Assembly (NCBI GenBank): GCA_009927375.1
Contig: RFNE01000201.1
Span: forward strand, 1-32,864
Length of the DNA stretch: 32,864 bases
Direction: 5' to 3'
Origin: Actinomycetota bacterium
Lineage (GTDB): Bacteria; Actinomycetota; Acidimicrobiia; Acidimicrobiales; Ilumatobacteraceae
Numbering within the stretch: the stretch's first letter is position 1; the number at the start of each line of letters is the position of its first letter. A program made the position numbers and the translations under genes. A model generated the notes under the pieces. It was given only the letters and a program-made list of their open reading frames with translations, was not told the origin of the DNA and searched no databases. Positions 9,712 to 16,271 of this stretch are shown here, piece after piece.

Positions 9712-10451
9712 CTGAGAACGCCGAGCATCGCCTCGGGAATGTCCGACGGCCCGCTCACCGTCGCAAACCGCGCACCAACTCGTTGAGAGAACGCTCGCGC
9801 TTCGTCACTGTCATCCGAATGCGCAATGATGACAAGCTCGTCAAGGCACCGCGCGGATTCCTCGGCCGCCTGCGCGGACGTTGAGCGACAATCCGAAAGC
9901 AAGATCGTGATCCTTCGCTGCGCCGTCGATCGGGCGAGTTGCGAAGCTGACTCCCGGAGTGCATCTGCGAGATTCGTCGTACCAAACCCACGTAGCGACA
10001 GCACCGAGGTGACGAGTTGGTCAACGGGAACCTCGTCCGTTTGCGATTTGGCCACTCCAACGTCTCCGCCGAATACCAAGATGCTGTAGTCCGTCGGCTT
10101 GCGGTGGGCAACGGCTGCGGCGGCAAGTGCAGCCGTTGCGAGCGGGGCTCCACCCATCGAACCGCTCCTGTCGATCACAAGACTGATGGCGTGGGTGTTC
10201 TTCGTCCACACGCGATGACGAATCTCATCAATTTCGAGCACACCGGTGGCGCGATGACTCACGAGCGCATCAGTACTCGCATCGATGTCGAATTCGCCAG
10301 AAGAATCACTCGTTCGTTGGCTGACGACGCGTCCGACGCCACGTCGCGTCGGACCCACACGTGAACTCACCTCGATGAAGATTCGTCCGGCCAGTGTTCG
10401 TGCCAACTCACTCAAGGACGGATCGGTCGCAGCAACGAGGTCCGCGAGCAT
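9708..10451 (-). CDS. VWA (von Willebrand factor A) domain protein, partner of the upstream MoxR ATPase
   Basis: MIDAS motif VIDRSGSMGG, then GTTNLADAL and LLSDCRST. The first ATG/GTG/TTG is at 10451, but the frame stays open with protein-like sequence up to 10676 (see findings). Confidence 0.8.
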   Translation of the reverse strand: MLADLVAATDPSLSELARTLAGRIFIEVSSRVGPTRRGVGRVVSQRTSDSSGEFDIDASTDALVSHRATGVLEIDEIRHRVWTKNTHAISLVIDRSGSMGGAPLATAALAAAAVAHRKPTDYSILVFGGDVGVAKSQTDEVPVDQLVTSVLSLRGFGTTNLADALRESASQLARSTAQRRITILLSDCRSTSAQAAEESARCLDELVIIAHSDDSDEARAFSQRVGARFATVSGPSDIPEAMLGVLS

Positions 10452-10618
10452 CGACAGCGCCTCGTCTGGTTCACTCGCAAGTTTCTGTGCGAATGCATCC
10501 TCGTCGAGGACGCCGACCTCGGGCGAGATCTCTTCGAAACCGTCGTGGCCCTCGAGTTCGCGTCGCGAAACGGTGCGCTTGGATGCGCGTGCCGCTGGAG
10601 AGGATGTTGGCGGTCGCT

Positions 10619-11563
10619 CTAGCGACGACTTGGCGCCCCCGTCGGGGCGCTCGCTTTTCCCGAACGGTCTCGTTCGTCAGCCGCAAATTGACGATCCCAC
10701 AGTTCTTCGATGATTGACTCCGCGCTGCGTGTGACGCCCTCACGCACTCTCACGCGACCGCTCAACGACACAACGGCGGCGTCCTTCCCACATGCATCTC
10801 GAGTTGCGGCCGATCCGCGCATTGCAACCAATTGATCAGCGACCATCACCGTGTCGATTGCACCACGAACCGATGAGCCCACGCGAAGTTCAGGGTGGGA
10901 CCTCGTTGCCCTTGCAACCTCGACGACACCGCGAACCCACGCCGAGTCGAAATCCTTCACCGATCCGCGCGTTGCGTGCTCGACGATTGCCACCTCGTCG
11001 TCGAGTGACTGGTACGTCATTGCAACACGGCACACACGATCGGAGATCGCACTCGAAATGCGCGCTGTTCCCACGGCGTCGAAAGGGTTCATCGCTGCAA
11101 CCAGCCGGAATCCATCACCCGCAGTGACCTTCCCGTATCGCGGGATGGTGATCTCTCCCTCGCTCATCACCGTGACGAGAACGTTCAGGGTCTCCTCAGG
11201 AATGCGGTTGATCTCTTCGACGTACAAAAGCGCACCTTCGCGCAACGCCTGGACGAGTGGACCGTCGACGAACGAACTTGCTGCGTACCCCTCGTCAAGC
11301 ACTCGGGCAGGATCGAAGTTTCCGATCAGTCGACTCGGTGTGAGTTCGGCATTGCCCTCGACGAACACGAAGGACACGCCGAACGACTGAGCAACTGACC
11401 GCAAGAGCGTCGACTTGCCGGTTCCGGGAGGGCCCTCGAGAACGACGTGGCGTCGTGCGCCGAGCGCAGCGACGACCAGCTCAACTTCTCGCGTGCGGCC
11501 AACGACACCCTGTGCCGCGGCCGATGCTCGTGAACCTACGTCGCCCGAGCGCTCCTTAGGCAT
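10619..11563 (-). CDS. MoxR-family AAA+ ATPase
   Basis: Walker A GPPGTGKS, Walker B LLYVEEINR, and the MoxR-like core VVGRTREVELVVAAL...LVAAMNP. I chose ATG 11563 (MPKERSGD), which overlaps the last codons of the upstream ADH by 8 nt (ATGCCTAA). The longest ORF starts at 11590. Confidence 0.88.
   Translation of the reverse strand: MPKERSGDVGSRASAAAQGVVGRTREVELVVAALGARRHVVLEGPPGTGKSTLLRSVAQSFGVSFVFVEGNAELTPSRLIGNFDPARVLDEGYAASSFVDGPLVQALREGALLYVEEINRIPEETLNVLVTVMSEGEITIPRYGKVTAGDGFRLVAAMNPFDAVGTARISSAISDRVCRVAMTYQSLDDEVAIVEHATRGSVKDFDSAWVRGVVEVARATRSHPELRVGSSVRGAIDTVMVADQLVAMRGSAATRDACGKDAAVVSLSGRVRVREGVTRSAESIIEELWDRQFAADERDRSGKASAPTGAPSRR
10633..10661 (-). promoter_or_regulatory. Candidate -1 programmed ribosomal frameshift cassette (slippery heptamer + hairpin) at the MoxR/VWA junction
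   Basis: The minus-strand RNA reads G_GGA_AAA in the MoxR zero frame (10661-10655). A 4-nt spacer follows, then GCGCCCC-GACG-GGGGCGC (10650-10633), a 7-bp all-GC stem with a tetraloop. The cassette lies inside the 55-nt window where both frames are open. Confidence 0.25.
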
Positions 11564-12668
11564 ATTTGATGACGCCGCGAATGTTCTCACCTTCGCGCAT
11601 CGCGCGGTAGCCCTCGTTGACTTCCTCGAGTGCGTACTCGCGCGTCACAAGTCCGTTGAGGTCGAGCTGACCTTCACGGAACAAGCCGAGCAACTTCGGA
11701 ATGTCGGAGCGGGGGTTTCCCGAACCGAACAACGAGCCAACCAGTTGCTTTTCCGACAATGTGAGGTCGAGCAGGCTGATGTTGGCCGTCATCTCCATCA
11801 GAGGATGGATGTTCGTGACGACGACACGGCCGCCCTTCGACACTGCGGCCATTGCCTCGCCGATCATCGCACCGTTGCCGACGCCCATCGTCATGATGAC
11901 CTTGTTGGCCATCGTTCCCCACGTCAACTGCTGCACCATCGGGATCGCCTCTGCGAGCGACGCGGCGGTATGTGTTGCACCGAACTCCATCGCCTTTTCG
12001 CGCTTGAACTCGATCGGGTCGACCGCAATGATTCGCTTCGCACCCGCAAGACGTGCGCCCTGCACCGCGTTCGCACCAATGCCACCAATGCCGACGACCA
12101 CAACGGTGTCGCCGGGCTTGACTTCGGCGGCGTACACGCTCGATCCCCAACCGGTGACGACACCGCAACCGAGCAAGCACGCGCGATCAAGCGGAATGTC
12201 CTTCTCGATCTTGATGCAGCTTGCTTCATTCACGACGGTGTGCTCGGCAAAGGTGCCGAGCAGGCACATGATGCCAAGGTCCTTGCCGTCCTTGTGGTGA
12301 CGAGCGGTCTGATCGGAGATCTGCAGACCCGTAGCGAGGAACTGTCCCATGTCGCAGATGTTCTGGTGACCGGTGCTGCAGCTCGGGCAACGACCACACG
12401 AGGGAATGAAACCGAATACGACGTGGTCGCCGGGCTGCAACCACGTGACACTCGAACCGACTTGCTGAACGACACCGGCACCCTCATGCCCTCCGATGAT
12501 CGGAAATGCGGCAGGCAAGTCGCCAGTGACGAGGTGCTCGTCGCTATGGCACATTCCGGAGGCAACGAGCTTGACGAGTACTTCGTTCGGACCGGGAGGA
12601 TCGAGGTCGATTTCTTCAATGCTCCACGGAGCGTTGAGTTCCCACAACACGGCTGCTTTCGTCTTCAC
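11556..12668 (-). CDS. Zn-dependent MDR alcohol dehydrogenase of the mycofactocin-associated (NDMA-dependent, Rxyl_3153-like) type
   Basis: KTKAAVLWELNAPWSIEEIDLDPPGPNEVLVKLVASGMCHSDEH, GHEGAG, structural-Zn CGRCPSCSTGHQNIC, Rossmann GIGGIG. I chose GTG 12668, preceded by GAGGTGGGGG (SD-like), giving the family-typical MKTKAAVLW N-terminus. The longest ORF extends to TTG 12731. Confidence 0.85.
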   Translation of the reverse strand: MKTKAAVLWELNAPWSIEEIDLDPPGPNEVLVKLVASGMCHSDEHLVTGDLPAAFPIIGGHEGAGVVQQVGSSVTWLQPGDHVVFGFIPSCGRCPSCSTGHQNICDMGQFLATGLQISDQTARHHKDGKDLGIMCLLGTFAEHTVVNEASCIKIEKDIPLDRACLLGCGVVTGWGSSVYAAEVKPGDTVVVVGIGGIGANAVQGARLAGAKRIIAVDPIEFKREKAMEFGATHTAASLAEAIPMVQQLTWGTMANKVIMTMGVGNGAMIGEAMAAVSKGGRVVVTNIHPLMEMTANISLLDLTLSEKQLVGSLFGSGNPRSDIPKLLGLFREGQLDLNGLVTREYALEEVNEGYRAMREGENIRGVIKYA

Positions 12669-12784
12669 AATGACCCCCACCTCTGCGCAGTCGCCCACGC
12701 CGTTGTCCTGACTGGGCATATTGTTGCCCAAACCCCTCCAGCGACGCTACCCCGAGGCGCGCCCCATGATTACTGTGGAGTGCA

Positions 12785-12925
12785 ATGGAACCAACAGCAG
12801 CACTCGAGCAGGACCGCATCAGCGACGCTGAGGCCACCGGCACCCGCGATTCGGCACAGCCGCAGATCGTTGAAGAACTTCTCATCGAGGAGATCTCCAT
12901 CGACGGCATGTGCGGCGTGTACTGA
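12785..12925 (+). CDS. mftA: Mycofactocin precursor peptide MftA (46 aa)
   Basis: Absent from the ORF track (under 60 aa). Manual translation: MEPTAALEQDRISDAEATGTRDSAQPQIVEELLIEEISIDGMCGVY-stop. It has the canonical C-terminal IDGMCGVY core. GGAG lies 5 nt upstream of the ATG, and the gene sits immediately upstream of mftB/mftC. Confidence 0.9.
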   Translation: MEPTAALEQDRISDAEATGTRDSAQPQIVEELLIEEISIDGMCGVY

Positions 12926-12943
12926 TCCGCACGACCTTCCACG

Positions 12944-13210
12944 ATGACCCTCACGCTCGACTCGGCGTGTGAACTGCACCCCGACGTCGCCTTGCGACCA
13001 GAGCCCTTCGGCGCACTCGCGTATCACTACGGCAACCGTCGCCTGATCTTCCTCAAGCACCCGGACGTGGTCGCCGTCGTTCGTGATGCCGCAAACCATC
13101 GCTCGCTGCGCGAAGTACTTGTCGAAAACGGCATCGCTGAGTCGCGTTGGCCGTCGTTCATTTCTGCTCTCACGTCGCTCGCGCAGTCCGAGGTGATTCG
13201 TGTCCACTAG
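12944..13210 (+). CDS. mftB: Mycofactocin biosynthesis chaperone MftB (PqqD-like RiPP recognition element)
   Basis: 88-aa ORF with LHPDVALRPEPFGALAYHYGNRRLIFLK, the typical MftB signature. It lies between mftA and the radical SAM gene. Confidence 0.88.
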   Translation: MTLTLDSACELHPDVALRPEPFGALAYHYGNRRLIFLKHPDVVAVVRDAANHRSLREVLVENGIAESRWPSFISALTSLAQSEVIRVH

Positions 13211-14357
13211 TTCGCTCGCTGCACAGATGAAGCAGGGGCTCGACGCCCCCATCTGTCTCACGTGGGAATTGACGTATGCCTGCAATCTCCAGTGCGTCCA
13301 TTGCCTCTCATCGAGTGGCACCCGAGACCCGCGCGAGCTGACGACCGAGCAGGCCAAGGCAGTGCTCGACGAACTTCGTGACCTGCAGGTGTTCTACATC
13401 AACATCGGTGGTGGTGAGCCGATGGTGCGACGCGACTTCTTCGAGTTGCTCGAACATGCGGAGCACTGCAACATCGGCGTCAAGTTCTCCACCAACGGCG
13501 CGTTCATCACTCCAGAGAACGCCCGACGGTTGGCCGCGATGAACTACCTCGACATCCAGATCAGCCTTGACGGCGCAAATCGCGCGACGAACGATCGAGT
13601 TCGTGGCGAAGGTTCGTACGACATTGCCCTTCGTGCAATGGACAACCTGCGGGATGCGAGTTTTGGTCGGTTCAAGATCTCGGTCGTGATGACGCGAGAA
13701 AATGTCTCCCAACTGGATGAATTCAAGGCGCTTGCCGACTCTTACGGAGCCCAACTGCGCATCACCCGATTACGACCCGCTGGTCGCGGCGCAGACACGT
13801 GGAATGAGCTCCACCCGACTGCGGCCCAACAGCGAGTGATCTACGACTGGCTCATGCACCATGGAGAAGACGTCTTGACCGGAGACTCGTTCTTCCACTT
13901 GAACGCATTCGGTGACGCACTCCCCGGACTCAACTTGTGCGGCGCGGGTCGCGTGGTCTGTCTCATCGATCCGCTCGGTGATGTCTATGCATGCCCGTTC
14001 GTCATCCATGATGAGTTCAAGGCGGGCAGCGTGCTCGAAGATGGAGGATTCACGCACGTCTGGAAATCGAGCGACCTCTTCACCTCATTGCGCGAGCCCG
14101 AATCGCCTGGAGCATGCGCATCGTGCGGGAGCTACGACGCATGCCAAGGCGGATGCATGGCAGCGAAGTTCTTCACCGGGCTTCCCCTCGATGGTCCAGA
14201 CCCCGAATGCGTGAGCGGGCACGGTGAGCACGCACTCTCGTCCGCTGGTGCTGCCCCTCGCCCATCGATGGATCACTCGAAGCCAGTGCGCCTCACCGTG
14301 AAGGCTCGCCGAAGTCCAGTTCTCGTCACTCACCACAGCGGAGGGAGTCCATCATGA
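13200..14357 (+). CDS. mftC: Mycofactocin radical SAM maturase MftC (SPASM domain)
   Basis: GLDAPICLTWELTYACNLQCVHC (CxxxCxxC radical SAM cluster), plus the C-terminal SPASM cysteines CGAGR...YACPF...CASCGSYDACQGGCMAAKFFTGLPLDGPDPEC. GTG start overlaps mftB by 11 nt. Confidence 0.93.
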   Translation: MSTSSLAAQMKQGLDAPICLTWELTYACNLQCVHCLSSSGTRDPRELTTEQAKAVLDELRDLQVFYINIGGGEPMVRRDFFELLEHAEHCNIGVKFSTNGAFITPENARRLAAMNYLDIQISLDGANRATNDRVRGEGSYDIALRAMDNLRDASFGRFKISVVMTRENVSQLDEFKALADSYGAQLRITRLRPAGRGADTWNELHPTAAQQRVIYDWLMHHGEDVLTGDSFFHLNAFGDALPGLNLCGAGRVVCLIDPLGDVYACPFVIHDEFKAGSVLEDGGFTHVWKSSDLFTSLREPESPGACASCGSYDACQGGCMAAKFFTGLPLDGPDPECVSGHGEHALSSAGAAPRPSMDHSKPVRLTVKARRSPVLVTHHSGGSPS

Positions 14358-15037
14358 ACGGTGTCTCGACAGGTGGTGTCATCGCCCTTCTCCTCCTTGG
14401 ATATTTCCTCGGAACGTTCCCGAGTGCACTGATCGTCGCGAAGCGCGGTGGCATCGACGTCACCGCCGAGGGTTCGGGAAATCCGGGCACGTCGAACGTC
14501 GTGCGCCTACTCGGCTGGCGTTATGGCGCAGTCGTGATGATTCTCGACATCGGCAAGGGTGCGCTCGCAGTTGGCGCTGCGGCGATCGTTGCCGGCGATC
14601 GCGTGACCCAACTCGGATATCTCTGCGGCTATGCGGCGGTCATCGGACATACGTTCCCAATCACGCGCAAGTTCGTCGGTGGTAAGGGTGTCGCGGCTGG
14701 TGGCGGTGCGATGTTCGTGCTCTACCCACTCATGAGCCTCGTGTTGTGCAGTTCGTGGTTCGTCATCAGGAAGGTCACCGGGAAGTCCTCGGTTGCATCG
14801 CTCGTGATCACCATCTGCGTTCCGTTGTACATCGTGTTCTTCCGCGACAATCGCTGGGAACTCCTCGATGCTCTCGGTCTCGTCGTGTTGATCATCATCC
14901 GACACACGGCGAACATCAAGCGACTTGGTCGCGCGAGGAAAACGCGGCCTAAGGCCCGAGGGCGTCCATGGCCACCTTCATCACCGACTTCTTCGACTCG
15001 CTCAAGGAGTTCTCGTCTTCGCCGTGGTTCTACGTGA
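14354..15037 (+). CDS. plsY: Acyl-phosphate:glycerol-3-phosphate acyltransferase PlsY
   Basis: GSGNPGTSNV, DIGKGALAV, GHTFPI, GGKGVAAGGG and IIRHTANIKRL match the PlsY conserved blocks. ATGA overlap with the mftC stop, and a strong SD GGAGGGAG 6 nt upstream. The Arg/Ser/Pro-rich 3' tail overlaps dedA by 70 nt. Confidence 0.85.
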   Translation: MNGVSTGGVIALLLLGYFLGTFPSALIVAKRGGIDVTAEGSGNPGTSNVVRLLGWRYGAVVMILDIGKGALAVGAAAIVAGDRVTQLGYLCGYAAVIGHTFPITRKFVGGKGVAAGGGAMFVLYPLMSLVLCSSWFVIRKVTGKSSVASLVITICVPLYIVFFRDNRWELLDALGLVVLIIIRHTANIKRLGRARKTRPKARGRPWPPSSPTSSTRSRSSRLRRGST

Positions 15038-15588
15038 TCATCTACGTGATCGCGGTGCTGGACTCCGTCTTCCCCGTCGTACCGAGCGAAACACTCGTGA
15101 TCATCGGCGGAGTGTCCGCGGGTCTCGGTGATCTCTCGATCACGTTCGTCGTGCTCGCCGCTGGTCTCGGAGCATTCACCGGAGACAACATGAGTTACCT
15201 GATCGGACGCAGAGCGAGTGGAGCGATCACGCGAAGATACGAACGAACGGAGAAGGGCCGGCGACGGCTCCAAACGGTCATCAACCAAATCCACGAACGC
15301 GGCGGCTTGCTGCTCATCACCGCGCGATTCATCCCTGGAGGGCGGACGATTCTCACGTTGTCGTGTGGCATTACCCGTCAAGAACGTCGGTGGTACATGG
15401 GCTGGATCGCTGCCGCAGCAACGATCTGGGCGCTCTACGCATCACTACTCGGCTTCATCGGTGGCAAGACGTTCGAGGAGAATCACACACTCGCGTTCGT
15501 GGTCGCATTTGTTGCTGCCGTTTCGGTGACGGTGGTCATCGAAATCATTCGCGCGGTCCTGAAGAAGATCCGCAAGCGAACGCCGTGA
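14968..15588 (+). CDS. DedA / VTT-domain family membrane protein
   Basis: FYVIIYVIAVLDSVFPVVPSETLVIIGG...GDNMSYLIGRR...LLITARFIPGGRT, the typical DedA re-entrant loop signatures. Several TM helices. Confidence 0.85.
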   Translation: MATFITDFFDSLKEFSSSPWFYVIIYVIAVLDSVFPVVPSETLVIIGGVSAGLGDLSITFVVLAAGLGAFTGDNMSYLIGRRASGAITRRYERTEKGRRRLQTVINQIHERGGLLLITARFIPGGRTILTLSCGITRQERRWYMGWIAAAATIWALYASLLGFIGGKTFEENHTLAFVVAFVAAVSVTVVIEIIRAVLKKIRKRTP

Positions 15589-16271
15589 AGTTTGCAACGC
15601 GTCGACTTCGTGAGTTGACGTCTGCGAAAGTGTCCTCGATCGAGCGACCGATCCTTGCGATTCCCGTCGGATCGTGCGAGCAGCACGGACCTCACCTCCC
15701 ACTCGGTACCGACACGATCATCGCCGAGGCGTTGTGTGACGCCCTCGCATCACTCAATGCTCGGATCGTGGTCAGTCCATCGCTCACGATCACTTCGAGC
15801 GGTGAACACGCAGGCTTTCCTGGCACGCTCTCGATCGGAGGTCCGGCGACGTCATCGACGATCATCGAGCTCGTGCGCTCTGCCGACTGGGCAACGGGTG
15901 TCGTACTCGTGAACGGTCACGGTGGGAACGCTTCACCAGTGAGTGATGCCGTTGCGATACTTCGAGCGGAGTCGCGAGTCGTCACCGACTGGTGGCCACG
16001 CATCGACGGTGGTGACGCGCATGCCGGGCACATTGAAACCTCACTCATGTTGCACCTCGCAGCCGATCTCGTGGACATGGAGCGGGCGGAAGTCGGCAAC
16101 ACCCAACCACTTCGTGAGATTGCCGACTCACTTCGCTCCGGCGGTCTCCGAGCAGTCTCGTCGAATGGAGTTCTCGGCGATCCCCGACATGCATCACGAG
16201 AAGTCGGTGAGAAGTTGATGGCGGACCTGGTCAGTCAACTCAACCACCACGTCGCGCTGCATCACCCATGA
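15585..16271 (+). CDS. mftE: Mycofactocin precursor peptidase MftE (creatininase-fold)
   Basis: PILAIPVGSCEQHGPHLPLGTD...SSGEHAGFPGTLSI...VNGHGGN...GDAHAGHIETS. GTG 15585 overlaps the dedA stop (GTGA). The track ORF 15363..16271 has an implausible N-terminal extension inside dedA. Confidence 0.88.
   Translation: MKFATRRLRELTSAKVSSIERPILAIPVGSCEQHGPHLPLGTDTIIAEALCDALASLNARIVVSPSLTITSSGEHAGFPGTLSIGGPATSSTIIELVRSADWATGVVLVNGHGGNASPVSDAVAILRAESRVVTDWWPRIDGGDAHAGHIETSLMLHLAADLVDMERAEVGNTQPLREIADSLRSGGLRAVSSNGVLGDPRHASREVGEKLMADLVSQLNHHVALHHP

Noticed and set aside
11415-12947. 510-aa plus-strand ORF, the longest unassigned ORF in the track
   Set aside because: It lies antisense to the ADH and MoxR genes. 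It is Arg/Ala/His-rich and low-complexity with no recognisable motifs, which is the typical shadow ORF of GC-rich coding DNA. The opposite strand carries clear Zn-ADH and AAA+ signatures.
14968-15037. 70-nt out-of-frame overlap between the plsY tail and the dedA start, considered as a possible frameshift or fusion signal
   Set aside because: The PlsY conserved blocks end at IIRHTANIKRL. The remaining Arg/Ser/Pro tail looks like a drifted stop codon, and dedA has its own SD (GAGGG) and a typical N-terminus. Nothing suggests recoding.
14722-15381. 219-aa minus-strand ORF across the plsY/dedA junction
   Set aside because: It is antisense to two genes with clear family motifs, and its charged Arg/Asp/Glu-rich composition is typical of shadow frames.
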